In this document: positions 1 to 9,669 of the stretch, one piece after another
How the letters are laid out: the number at the start of each line of letters is the position of its first letter
Position numbering within the stretch: the first letter of the stretch is position 1
Assembly: GCA_017860085.1 (NCBI GenBank)
Contig: JAFNAJ010000003.1
Coordinates: 1 to 38,404 of the forward strand
Origin: Acidobacteriota bacterium
GTDB lineage: Bacteria > Acidobacteriota > Vicinamibacteria > Vicinamibacterales > JAFNAJ01
Length of the DNA: 38,404 nt
Direction of reading: 5' to 3'
The notes under the pieces: model-generated
What the model was told of the DNA's origin: nothing
Seen by the model: only the letters and a program-made list of their open reading frames with translations
Databases searched by the model: none
Made by a program: the position numbers and the translations under genes

Positions 1-357
1 GAGGAGGACAAGCAGAAGCGCGAGCAGGTCGATACCCGCAACCGGGCGGACCAGGCGGTGTACACCGCCGAGCGGATGCTCCAGGATGCGGGCGACAAGT
101 TGTCGGCCGCAGAGAAGGAGCCGGTGCAGGCGGCCATCGACCGCCTCAAGCAGGCGCTCGAGCGCGACGACACGGCGGCGGTCAAGTCCGGCATGGATGC
201 GCTCACCAGCGCGCAGCACAAGGCGGCGGAGGCTCTCTACCGCCAGGCACAGGCCAGCGGACCTGAAGGGCCGTCGGCCGAGACCGGCGGGGGCAGTCGC
301 GACACGGCCCAGGGCGACGTGATCGACGCCGAGGTCGTGGACGAGGAGAAGAAGTAA
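1..357 (+). CDS. dnaK: Molecular chaperone DnaK (Hsp70), C-terminal fragment; the 5' end lies outside the window
   Basis: Frame +1 is open from nt 1 to TAA at 355-357. Translation EEDKQKREQVDTRNRADQAVYTAERMLQDAGDKLSAAEKEPVQAAIDRLKQALE...GDVIDAEVVDEEKK looks like the Hsp70 helical lid and acidic tail. dnaJ follows 6 nt downstream. Confidence 0.85.
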   Translation, partial: EEDKQKREQVDTRNRADQAVYTAERMLQDAGDKLSAAEKEPVQAAIDRLKQALERDDTAAVKSGMDALTSAQHKAAEALYRQAQASGPEGPSAETGGGSRDTAQGDVIDAEVVDEEKK

Positions 358-1440
<1,083 letters not shown>

Positions 1441-1485
1441 CGACCGGGCACGCCGGTCCGCGCGTCGGAAGGCAGCCGGCGACAG

Positions 1486-1944
1486 GTGACGAGCGAGAGG
1501 GTGATGGCCAGACGGCGCGCAGCGGCAACGGGCAAGCCCTACTACATGATCAGCGCGGTGGCGCAGCGGTACGGGATTCACCCGCAGACGCTGCGGATGT
1601 ACGAGCGGGAGGGTCTGCTCACGCCCTCGCGGACCGACGGGAACACCCGGCTCTACTCCGATGAGGACCTCGAACGTCTCGAAACGATCCTCTCGCTGAC
1701 GCGTGATCTCGGCGTCAACCTCGCCGGGGTCGAGATCATCCTGAACATGCGGTCGAAGATCGAGCAGATGCAGCGAGAGGTCAACGAGTTCATGGCGTAC
1801 GTGAAGGCGGAGCTGGCCAAGGGCCTCGGCGACTGGGAGCAACGGCTGAACACCGCCTTGGTGAAGTCGTCGCCGGCACCGCTCGCGCGACCGGCGAGCA
1901 GCGCAACGCCACCACCGGACGGATCATCGAAGCCTCGCCGTTGA
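1486..1944 (+). CDS. hspR: MerR-family heat-shock repressor HspR; start uncertain (GTG 1486, GTG 1501 or ATG 1504)
   Basis: YYMISAVAQRYGIHPQTLRMYEREGLLTPSRTDGNTRLYSDEDLERLETILSLTRDLGVNLAGVEIIL is a MerR/HspR helix-turn-helix. The dnaK-dnaJ-hspR linkage is known from actinobacteria and Deinococcus. Confidence 0.82.
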   Translation: MTSERVMARRRAAATGKPYYMISAVAQRYGIHPQTLRMYEREGLLTPSRTDGNTRLYSDEDLERLETILSLTRDLGVNLAGVEIILNMRSKIEQMQREVNEFMAYVKAELAKGLGDWEQRLNTALVKSSPAPLARPASSATPPPDGSSKPRR

Positions 1945-1985
1945 GCCGGGCCGCGATTCGGCTATGATGTGGCGTCGAGCGCCGC

Positions 1986-2837
1986 ATGAGCTGTCCCCTG
2001 TGTGATGACACCGGCTGGAGAACTGTCGAGGCCGACAGCCGACGGCGTGTCGTGCGCTGCGACTGCTGGCGAGAGGGGCTCGCGTCGCGCCTGCTCGCCG
2101 ACGCGCGCATCCCGCGCCGCTATCAGCACTGCACGCTCGACAACTTCGTGACCTACGGCAACGAGTCGCTCGAGCGCGGTGTCGCGCACGCGCGCCGTCT
2201 CGCCGACGAGTTTCCTGCCCCCGACCGGGGGCTGTTCCTGTTGGGGCCGCCCGGCGTCGGCAAAACCCACCTGGCCGTCGCCGTCCTGAAGGCGGTCGTG
2301 CGCACCAAGGGGGCGCGCGGGCTCTACTACGACACGCGTGAGCTCCTGCGGGTGATTCGTCAGACCTACGACCCGGTGGTCAAGGCGAGCGAGAGCGAGG
2401 TGCTGCGCCCCGTCATGGAGGCCGACCTGCTCGTGCTTGACGATCTGGGAGCCGAGAAGACCTCGGAGTGGGTGGAAGAGACCCTCAACCTGATCGTCAA
2501 CACGCGCTACAGCGAGCGACGGACGACGGTCTTCACGTCGAACTACGACGACAAGCCCGACCCCACCGACCCGGATGCGCTGCTCTGTCGCATCGGCTTC
2601 CGCATGCGGTCGCGGCTCCACGAGATGTGCGAGTTCCTCGATCTCGATGGCGCCGACTACCGCGAGCTGCCGCCCAATGGCGGGCCCGAGGACCTCCAGG
2701 TGCTGTGGAAGCTGCGGAAGAGGCCCGTGCGCCGGGCGCTGCCGTCGAAGGCCGGTGCCCCGGCCAAGGCGCAGCTCCGCGACACCAGGGACGGGCGGCT
2801 CGACCTGAAGTGGCCGGGCGGGCGCGCCGGCACGTAG
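1986..2837 (+). CDS. DnaC/DnaI/IstB-like AAA+ ATPase with an N-terminal Cys-rich (zinc-ribbon-like) segment
   Basis: N-terminus CPLCDDTGW...VVRCDCW. Walker A LLGPPGVGKTHLAVAV. Walker B LLVLDDLGAEK. TTVFTSNY sensor-like motif. Confidence 0.75.
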   Translation: MSCPLCDDTGWRTVEADSRRRVVRCDCWREGLASRLLADARIPRRYQHCTLDNFVTYGNESLERGVAHARRLADEFPAPDRGLFLLGPPGVGKTHLAVAVLKAVVRTKGARGLYYDTRELLRVIRQTYDPVVKASESEVLRPVMEADLLVLDDLGAEKTSEWVEETLNLIVNTRYSERRTTVFTSNYDDKPDPTDPDALLCRIGFRMRSRLHEMCEFLDLDGADYRELPPNGGPEDLQVLWKLRKRPVRRALPSKAGAPAKAQLRDTRDGRLDLKWPGGRAGT

Positions 2838-2852
2838 GCATCACACCCCCCC

Positions 2853-3998
2853 ATGGGTTCCCCAACGAGCGTCACGCCGCTCGCCGGTGTCTACGTCCAT
2901 GTGCCGTTCTGCAGCGCGATCTGCAACTACTGCAACTTCAACCGCGGCCTGCTCGATGCCGACCTGAAGCGGCGCTACGTCGCGGCGCTCGTGCGCCAGA
3001 TCGAGGAAGCGAGCGACGGCACGGGCGTCGACACGATCTACTTCGGTGGCGGCACGCCGTCGCTGCTGGCGGCCGAGGAGATCGAGGCCGTGATCGGCGC
3101 GTGCCGACGGGCGTTTGCGGTGGCTGGCGACGCGGAGGTCACGCTCGAGACCAACCCCGAGACGGTGGAGCCCGCGAGCCTCGATGGGTGGCGCGCGGCG
3201 GGCATCAACCGGCTCAGCCTCGGGGTGCAGTCGTTTCGCGACGACGAGCTGCGGCGCCTCGGCCGGATCCACGATGGGGCCCGAGCCCGGCGTGCGATCG
3301 ACGGCGCACGCGCGGCAGGTTTCGACAACCTGAGCCTCGATCTGATGATGTGGCTGCCAGGCCAGCAGGTCGCGGAGTGGTTCGAGTCGGTGGACGGCCT
3401 GGTGGCGGCTTCTCCTGACCACGCGTCGCTCTACATGCTCGAGCTCTATCCCGGCGCGCCGCTCCGCGACGAGATGGCGAGGAGCGGGTGGTCGCTCGCG
3501 CCCGACGAGGACGCGGCGGAGATGTACGTGGGCGGGTTCGAGCGGCTCGATCGGGCTGGCTTCGAGCAGTACGAGATCTCGAACGTGGCGCGGCCCGGGC
3601 ACCAGTCGCGCCACAACCTCAAGTACTGGACCGACGGCGAGTGGTTGGCCTTCGGGTGCGGGGCCCACGGCACCCGTGCCGGCACGCGCTGGCGCAACCT
3701 CCCGGCCACCGACGAGTACGTGGCGCGCGTCGAAGCGGGCGTGCCCGTCGTGGCCGAATCACGACGGCTGTCGCCGCACGACCGCTTCGTCGAAGCCATG
3801 ATCACAGGGCTTCGCCTGAGCCGCGGCATCGACCTCGACGAGGTGGCCGTGCGCTACGGCGTGGACGTGATGGCGACCTACGGTGACGAGCTGACCCCGG
3901 CCATGGAGGCTGGCCTGCTGGCGCTCGACGGTCGGGGCCTCCGCCTCAGCCGTCAGGGGATGCTCGTCGCCAACGAGATCTTTAGGGTTTTCGTTTAG
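2853..3998 (+). CDS. hemW: Radical-SAM HemW/HemN-like protein (heme chaperone / coproporphyrinogen III oxidase-like)
   Basis: YVHVPFCSAICNYCNF (CxxxCxxC), IYFGGGTPS, GINRLSLGVQSF. The 381-aa length is typical of HemW. Confidence 0.85.
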   Translation: MGSPTSVTPLAGVYVHVPFCSAICNYCNFNRGLLDADLKRRYVAALVRQIEEASDGTGVDTIYFGGGTPSLLAAEEIEAVIGACRRAFAVAGDAEVTLETNPETVEPASLDGWRAAGINRLSLGVQSFRDDELRRLGRIHDGARARRAIDGARAAGFDNLSLDLMMWLPGQQVAEWFESVDGLVAASPDHASLYMLELYPGAPLRDEMARSGWSLAPDEDAAEMYVGGFERLDRAGFEQYEISNVARPGHQSRHNLKYWTDGEWLAFGCGAHGTRAGTRWRNLPATDEYVARVEAGVPVVAESRRLSPHDRFVEAMITGLRLSRGIDLDEVAVRYGVDVMATYGDELTPAMEAGLLALDGRGLRLSRQGMLVANEIFRVFV

Positions 3999-4051
3999 GG
4001 AACGGTACGGTAGAGTATCGCCTCGCCGTCCGACCCGCAGGAGGATCCCAC

Positions 4052-4564
4052 ATGCGTTTCACATCGTCGAGCAGGCAGTCAACAGGGCGCCGCCTCGTGC
4101 TGGCGCTTGCGGTCGTCGTCGCGCTGGCCGGACTGGGCGCCTCAGCGTGGGCGCAGGAGGCACAGCAGCAGGCAGCCCCGCAACAGCAGCAGGCCGCTCC
4201 TGGCCTGACCTTCGGGACCGACGCCGGCATCATCTTCAACATGATCAAGCCGGACAAGACTGCCGACTTCGAAGGGATCATGGCGAAGGTCAAGGAAGCC
4301 CTGGCCAAGAGCGACAACCCGGTTCGCAAGCAGCAGGCGGCCAGCTGGAAGGTGTTCAAGGTGCAGGAACCGGCGCCGAACGGCAACGTGTTCTACCTGT
4401 TCGTGATGGACCCCGCGGTGAAGGACGCCGACTACACGATCTCGAAGATCCTCTACGAGGCCTTCCCGACCGAAGTCCAGGCGATGTACAACACCTTGAA
4501 GGACTGCTACGCGGGCGGCGGTTCCAAGCTGTCGCTGCAGACCGTCCACCACTTCGGTCAGTAG
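4052..4564 (+). CDS. Hypothetical exported protein, 170 aa, no family recognised
   Basis: AGGAGGA Shine-Dalgarno about 7 nt upstream of the ATG. Signal-peptide-like N-terminus RRLVLALAVVVALAGLGASAWA, then a Q/A/P-rich spacer and a globular part with genome-typical codon use. Confidence 0.6.
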   Translation: MRFTSSSRQSTGRRLVLALAVVVALAGLGASAWAQEAQQQAAPQQQQAAPGLTFGTDAGIIFNMIKPDKTADFEGIMAKVKEALAKSDNPVRKQQAASWKVFKVQEPAPNGNVFYLFVMDPAVKDADYTISKILYEAFPTEVQAMYNTLKDCYAGGGSKLSLQTVHHFGQ

Positions 4565-4582
4565 CACCACGTTTCTGGCCTC

Positions 4583-4609
4583 GGGCCCGCCACGTCTGGC
4601 GGCGGGCCC
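4583..4609 (+). terminator. GC-rich hairpin (GGGCCCGCC / 9-nt loop / GGCGGGCCC) downstream of the exported-protein gene; possible intrinsic terminator without a clear U-tract
   Basis: A perfect 9-bp inverted repeat read directly at 4583-4591 and 4601-4609, 19 nt after the stop codon. Confidence 0.35.
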
Positions 4610-4742
4610 GGCACGGCCTTCTGCAGTTGAGCGTCGGGCAGCCGCTCGACGCGACCCAGTCCTCCCTGCCTCTGCGTTCCGACGAAACGCGCCGACCGCG
4701 TCGACGCTGTGCTAGAGTCGTGAGGTTGTCGCTCGGGGTGTC

Positions 4743-5885
4743 ATGGATTTCAGGCTGACGGACGCGCAGCAGATCCTCCGCCGCAGCATGCGCGAGTTCG
4801 CGGAGGCCGAGATGGGGCCTCACGTGATGCGGTGGGACGAGGCTCAGCAGTTCCCCTTCGAGCTCGTGCCGCGTCTGGCCGAACTGGGCCTGCTCGGCAT
4901 CCAGTTTCCCGAGCAGTACGGCGGCGCCCACATGTCGGCCATCGACTACTGCCTGTGCATCGAGGAGCTGGCGCGGGTGTGCCCCGCGATCGCGCTCTCG
5001 GTGGCCGCGCACAACGGGCTCGGGGCGGCGCACATCTACCTGTTCGGCACCGAGGCCCAGAAGACCCGATTCCTGACGCCACTGGCCAGGGGCGAGATGC
5101 TTGCGGCGTGGGGACTCACCGAACCAACGGCCGGGAGCGACGCGGCCGGCACCCGCACGGTGGCCGTGCGGGACGGCGACGGCTGGCGCATCAACGGCTC
5201 GAAGACGTTCACGACCCACGGGAGTGTCGGGGGGGTCATGGTGGCCATGGCCGTCACCGACCGGGCGCGCGGCAACCGAGGCATCTCGGCGTTCATCGTG
5301 CCCCGGGGCACCCCGGGGATGCGTCCGGGCAGGAAAGAGAACAAGCTCGGCTGCCGCGCGAGCGACACGAGCGAGGTCGTGTTCGAAGACTGCCGCGTGC
5401 CGCTCGATCACCTCCTGGGCGAGGAAGGGCAGGGCTTCATCAACGCCATGCAGGTGCTCGACGCGGGCCGGATCGGCATTGCCGCGCTCTCGGTGGGCCT
5501 GGCCCAGGGCGCGTACGAGGCCGCGCGCCGCTACGCCCTCGAGCGTCGCCAGTTCGGTCGCCCGATCGCCTCGTTCCAGGCCATTCAGTGGAAACTCGCC
5601 GATCTGGCCACGCGCATCGAGGCGGCGCGGCTGCTCACGTATCGAGCGGCCTACCTCAAAGATCGCGGATACGCGCGCACGACGCGCCAGTCGTCGATGG
5701 CCAAGCTGTACGCCAGCGAGGTGGCCGTCCGCGCCGCGGAGGAGTGCGTTCAGATCCACGGCGGGTATGGCTTCACGAAGGACTACCCCGCGGAGAAGTA
5801 CTTCCGCGATGTCAAACTGCTGACGATTGGCGAGGGGACGAGCGAGATTCAGCGGCTCGTCATCGCTCGCCAGCTGCTGGCGTGA
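4743..5885 (+). CDS. Acyl-CoA dehydrogenase (short/medium-chain type)
   Basis: 380 aa. [63 protein letters not shown] are classical ACAD motifs. Confidence 0.92.
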   Translation: MDFRLTDAQQILRRSMREFAEAEMGPHVMRWDEAQQFPFELVPRLAELGLLGIQFPEQYGGAHMSAIDYCLCIEELARVCPAIALSVAAHNGLGAAHIYLFGTEAQKTRFLTPLARGEMLAAWGLTEPTAGSDAAGTRTVAVRDGDGWRINGSKTFTTHGSVGGVMVAMAVTDRARGNRGISAFIVPRGTPGMRPGRKENKLGCRASDTSEVVFEDCRVPLDHLLGEEGQGFINAMQVLDAGRIGIAALSVGLAQGAYEAARRYALERRQFGRPIASFQAIQWKLADLATRIEAARLLTYRAAYLKDRGYARTTRQSSMAKLYASEVAVRAAEECVQIHGGYGFTKDYPAEKYFRDVKLLTIGEGTSEIQRLVIARQLLA

Positions 5886-7261
5886 CCCCAACCCTTTCCG
5901 ATCGCATCGTGGCAGGCGACCCGCGCGCCATCGCGCGAGGCATCAGCCTGATCGAGGACGAGGCGCCCGAAGGCGCCGCGCTCGTGCGCCGCATCTTCGC
6001 GAGCACCGGGCGGGCCTACCTCATCGGGGTGACGGGGCCGCCGGGCGCGGGCAAGAGCACGCTGGTCGATCGCCTCACGGCCGAACTGCGCACCGATGGA
6101 CGAACGGTCGGGATCGTGGCCGTCGATCCCACCAGCCCGTATTCCGGCGGGGCGATTCTTGGCGACAGGGTCCGGATGCAGTCGCACGCAGCCGACCCCG
6201 GCGTGTTCATCCGGAGCATGGCGACGCGGGGGCACCTCGGGGGCCTGGCCAGGGCGACGAGCGAGGCGGCGCTCGTCCTCGACGCGGCCGGCAAGGACGT
6301 GGTCCTGATCGAGACCGTGGGGGTCGGCCAGGACGAGGTCGACATCGTGCGGACGGCCGATGTCTCGATCGTCACCGTCGTGCCGGGGACGGGCGACGAT
6401 GTGCAGGCGATCAAGGCGGGGATCATGGAGATCGCCGACATCTTCGTGGTGAACAAGGCCGACCGCGAAGGCGCCGACCGCATGGCCGCCGCGATCGAGG
6501 CGATGCTGGCGCTGCAGCACTGGGAGCCCGGCGAGTGGAAGCCGCCGGTTCTCCAGACGGAAGCCACGGCCGGCAAGGGCATCAGGGCCCTCCTCGAAGC
6601 CATCGAGGCGTTCCGGCGTCACCAGGCCTCCTCGGGAGAGGTCCGTCAGCGCGACCGCGCCGAGTTCAGGCTCCGCGAACTGCTCGCGCACCGGTTCGTG
6701 CAGCACGTGGAGCAGCGTGTCCTCGAGCCCGGCGAGCTCGGGCACGTCCTCGACGAGATCGCCGAGCGCGTGGTCGACCCGTATACGGCCGCCGACGAGA
6801 TTCTGCGCCGCACGCTGGGTGCAGCGAACGCGGGCCGGCAGCCCGAGGGACCGCGCGCGCGTCTCGACCATGTGGGCATCGCGGTGGCTGACCCAGCCCA
6901 GGCGCTGGCGTTCTATCGAGACGCGCTGGGGTTGGACGTGCACGCGTCCGAGGACGTCGGGTCCCAGCGCGTCCGGGCGCACTTCCTGTCGGCGGGATCG
7001 GCAGCGCTGGAACTCCTCGAAGCCACGGCCGAGGACTCGGCCATCGCGAAGTTCGTGGCCCGGCGCGGGCCTGGTCTCCACCACATCACGTTCGAGGTCG
7101 ACGACATCGTGGCCGCGCTCGCGCGCCTCAAGGCGCGGCAGGTGAAGCTCATCGACGAGTCACCGCGCCCAGGTGCCGAGGCCTGCCTGGTGGCGTTCGT
7201 CCACCCGTCGAGCGCCCACGGTGTCCTCGTCGAGTTGAAACAGCGACCGGCGAGCGCGTAG
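5882..7261 (+). CDS. MeaB/ArgK G3E GTPase (about 5882-6820) fused in frame to a methylmalonyl-CoA epimerase / glyoxalase-fold domain (about 6860-7261)
   Basis: GTG start overlaps the ACAD stop (GTGA at 5882-5885). MeaB motifs: [28 protein letters not shown]-terminal part: [18 protein letters not shown]...[12 protein letters not shown]...[15 protein letters not shown]. No stop codon lies between the two parts. Confidence 0.8.
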   Translation: MTPTLSDRIVAGDPRAIARGISLIEDEAPEGAALVRRIFASTGRAYLIGVTGPPGAGKSTLVDRLTAELRTDGRTVGIVAVDPTSPYSGGAILGDRVRMQSHAADPGVFIRSMATRGHLGGLARATSEAALVLDAAGKDVVLIETVGVGQDEVDIVRTADVSIVTVVPGTGDDVQAIKAGIMEIADIFVVNKADREGADRMAAAIEAMLALQHWEPGEWKPPVLQTEATAGKGIRALLEAIEAFRRHQASSGEVRQRDRAEFRLRELLAHRFVQHVEQRVLEPGELGHVLDEIAERVVDPYTAADEILRRTLGAANAGRQPEGPRARLDHVGIAVADPAQALAFYRDALGLDVHASEDVGSQRVRAHFLSAGSAALELLEATAEDSAIAKFVARRGPGLHHITFEVDDIVAALARLKARQVKLIDESPRPGAEACLVAFVHPSSAHGVLVELKQRPASA

Positions 7262-7306
7262 CTCGGGGCCGCGCATGGTGTCCTCGTCTTCAGCCGTCAC
7301 AGCGTC

Positions 7307-8170
7307 ATGAGCATTCGCATCGGCATCATCGGTGGCAGCGGCCTCTACGACATGGCAGATCTGACCGATCGCGAGGACGTCCAGGTGTCGACGCCCTTCG
7401 GTGACCCGTCGGGGCCCTACGTCACGGGCACCCTTCGGGGGCAGCGCGTGGCGTTTCTCGCACGCCATGGGGTGGGCCATCGACTGATGCCGTCCGAGCT
7501 GAACTTCCGCGCGAACATCCACGGCTTGAAGCAGCTCGGCGTCGAGTGGATTCTGTCGGCGAGCGCCGTCGGGAGCCTCAAGGAGGACTACGCGCCGCTC
7601 GACCTGCTCCTGCCCGACCAGTTCTTCGATCGGACGAAGGGGCGTGTCAGCACGTTCTTCGGCCACGGACTCGTGGCGCACGTGTCGTTCGCGCACCCGG
7701 TCTGCCCGATGCTGCATGGCCTTGCCTACGAGGCGGCCCGCGCGTCAGGCGCGCGCGTGCATCGCGGCGGCACCTACGTGTGCATGGAGGGGCCGCAGTT
7801 CTCGACCAAGGCCGAGTCGATGCTCTACCGCTCGTGGGGCATGGACGTCATCGGCATGACCAACCTGCAGGAGGCCAAGCTCGCGAGAGAGGCCGAGATG
7901 TGCTACGTCACGATCGCGCTCGTGACCGACTACGACTGCTGGCACCCGGATCACGATCACGTCACGGTGGAGATGGTGATTGCCAACCTGACGCAGAACG
8001 CGCGCATGGCGCAGAAGGTGATTGCGAGCGCGGTGGAGCGGCTGCCGGTGAATCGGACGTGCGAGTGCGGCCATGCGCTGGCCACGGCCGTCATCACCCG
8101 GCCCGATGCGGTCCCGGCGCAGGCGCGCCGCGACCTCGACCTGCTCGTGGGCAGGTACCTCAAGGCCTGA
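7307..8170 (+). CDS. mtnP: S-methyl-5'-thioadenosine phosphorylase (MTAP)
   Basis: [34 protein letters not shown], with an MTAP-like length of 287 aa. Confidence 0.88.
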   Translation: MSIRIGIIGGSGLYDMADLTDREDVQVSTPFGDPSGPYVTGTLRGQRVAFLARHGVGHRLMPSELNFRANIHGLKQLGVEWILSASAVGSLKEDYAPLDLLLPDQFFDRTKGRVSTFFGHGLVAHVSFAHPVCPMLHGLAYEAARASGARVHRGGTYVCMEGPQFSTKAESMLYRSWGMDVIGMTNLQEAKLAREAEMCYVTIALVTDYDCWHPDHDHVTVEMVIANLTQNARMAQKVIASAVERLPVNRTCECGHALATAVITRPDAVPAQARRDLDLLVGRYLKA

Positions 8171-8213
8171 CCTCCGCACCCGAGAAACCCTTGGACCCGA
8201 GTAGGTTCAGAGA

Positions 8214-9155
8214 ATGCGCATCATCGTCACCGGTTCGATCGCGTACGACTACCTGATGTCGTTTCCGGGCTCGTTCCAGGAGCACTTCCTGCCGGATCAC
8301 CTCCAGCGGATCAGCCTCAGCTTCCTCGTCGACACGATGGAGAAGCGCCGGGGCGGCTGCGCGCCCAACATCGCCTACACCCTGGCGCTGCTCGGCGAAC
8401 GGCCCGCGATCATGGGCGCAGCCGGCCAGGACTTCGGCGAGTACCGGTCGTGGCTCGAGCGCTACGGCATCGACACATCGCTCGTGCGGCAGATTCCCGA
8501 CAAGTTCACGGCGTCGTTCTTCTGCAACACCGACCAGCAGAACAACCAGATCGCGTCCTTCTACACGGGCGCCATGGCGCACGCGGGCGAGCTGTCGTTT
8601 CGGGACGCAGGCCCGTGCGACCTCGCGATCATCTCGCCCAACGACCCGGGCGCGATGCTGCGGCATGCCGAGGAGTGTCGCGAGCTCGGCATCCGGTACA
8701 TCTACGACCCCGGTCAACAGTGCGCGCGAGCCGGTGGCGACGAACTGAAGGCGGGGATCATCGGCGCCGCCATTCTCATCTGCAACGACTACGAGTTCGA
8801 GCTGATTCGGCAGAAGACCGGACTTGGCGAGGGGCAGGTGCTCGAGCACTGCGAGGCGCTGGTCGTGACGCGAGGCGAGAAGGGGTCGGTCATCTACCAC
8901 GACAGCCGGCGCCTCGAGGTTCCTGCCGTGCCGGCCGTCAGGGAAACCGACCCGACCGGCGTCGGCGACGCGTTTCGCGCAGGATTCATGAAGGGGTTGG
9001 CGATTGGGGCGAACCACGAGGTGTGCGGGCGACTCGGCAGCGTGGCCGCCACGTACGCCCTCGAGCACCTGGGCGGCCAGAGTCACATGTTCACCTGGCA
9101 GGAGTTCCAGGAGCGGTATGCGCGCCACTTCGGGGCCGGGGCGTTTGCAGGCTGA
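8214..9155 (+). CDS. PfkB-family carbohydrate/nucleoside kinase (adenosine-kinase-like)
   Basis: RGGCAPNIAYTLALLG near the N-terminus, C-terminal DPTGVGDAFRAGF (PfkB signature 2), 313 aa. Confidence 0.8.
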   Translation: MRIIVTGSIAYDYLMSFPGSFQEHFLPDHLQRISLSFLVDTMEKRRGGCAPNIAYTLALLGERPAIMGAAGQDFGEYRSWLERYGIDTSLVRQIPDKFTASFFCNTDQQNNQIASFYTGAMAHAGELSFRDAGPCDLAIISPNDPGAMLRHAEECRELGIRYIYDPGQQCARAGGDELKAGIIGAAILICNDYEFELIRQKTGLGEGQVLEHCEALVVTRGEKGSVIYHDSRRLEVPAVPAVRETDPTGVGDAFRAGFMKGLAIGANHEVCGRLGSVAATYALEHLGGQSHMFTWQEFQERYARHFGAGAFAG

Positions 9156-9654
9156 TGCCTGGCGCGCGGGCCTCGTGGCGCTGGTGCTGGCAGCCTCGAC
9201 GACCTGGGCCGCCCTCCTGTGGTGGGCGCCGATCGCGCTTGCCGGTGTGACCGCCCGCGGGAGCGGGGGCCTCGTGCCCCTCGCGTCGTACGCGGCAGGT
9301 CGCACCGTGTGCCACCAGCGGCCGGAGCGGTCGTTCACCGTCGCCGGCATTCGACAGCCCGTCTGTGCGCGCTGCGCCGGGCTCTATCTCGGCGCACCCC
9401 TCGGTGTGGCGTGTGCCATCGCCGTGGCGCGACGGAAGGACCGCCGTCGAGCGGCGCAGATCCCGCCACGCGTGGCGCGCCGCGTGGTCGCGTGGGCGGC
9501 GGCACCGATGCTGGCCACCATCGCCATCGAGTGGAGCAGGGCGGCCCAGCCCGGGAATGGCCTCCGCTTCGTGCTCGCCGTTCCACTGGGCGCTGCCGTC
9601 GGATGGGTGACTGCCGCGGCGACCCTGCGCCAGATTGACGAAGGGCTGGAGTAA
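9118..9654 (+). CDS. DUF2085-like integral membrane protein; start uncertain (ATG 9118 overlaps the kinase gene by 38 nt)
   Basis: CHQRPERSFTVAGIRQPVCARCAGLYLG motif plus several hydrophobic segments. Confidence 0.6.
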   Translation: MRATSGPGRLQADAWRAGLVALVLAASTTWAALLWWAPIALAGVTARGSGGLVPLASYAAGRTVCHQRPERSFTVAGIRQPVCARCAGLYLGAPLGVACAIAVARRKDRRRAAQIPPRVARRVVAWAAAPMLATIAIEWSRAAQPGNGLRFVLAVPLGAAVGWVTAAATLRQIDEGLE

Positions 9655-9669
9655 ACTAGCGCCACGCTC

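Noticed and set aside
1441-1985. HAIR (CTTGAGT-N7-ACTCAAG) or CIRCE operators in the chaperone-gene spacers
   Set aside because: No match to either consensus was found by eye in the spacers of this window. The dnaK promoter, where HAIR would be expected, lies outside the window. Only a weak 6-bp hairpin (GACCGG/CCGGTC, 1442-1458) lies between dnaJ and hspR.
3981-4000. Two copies of TTTAGGG, a telomere-like heptamer, at the end of hemW
   Set aside because: There are only two copies, 13 nt apart, and they span the hemW stop codon. This is most simply an AT-rich gene end or promoter patch, not a repeat element.
4832-5881. The N-terminal 350 codons of the 809-aa track ORF 4832-7261, and similar long 5' extensions of ORFs 25684-27759, 28488-29906, 30192-31310, 34734-35885 and 35900-36592
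   Set aside because: These extensions run out of frame through well-supported upstream genes and translate to Arg/Pro/Gly-rich nonsense. Recognisable homology begins only at the internal starts used in my calls.
6860-6880. An internal GTG at 6872 as an independent start for a separate epimerase gene
   Set aside because: It falls inside the conserved LDHVGIAV N-terminal strand and would truncate the domain. No stop codon ends the MeaB frame and no SD-like sequence precedes it, so a fusion protein is the simpler reading, though it remains untested.
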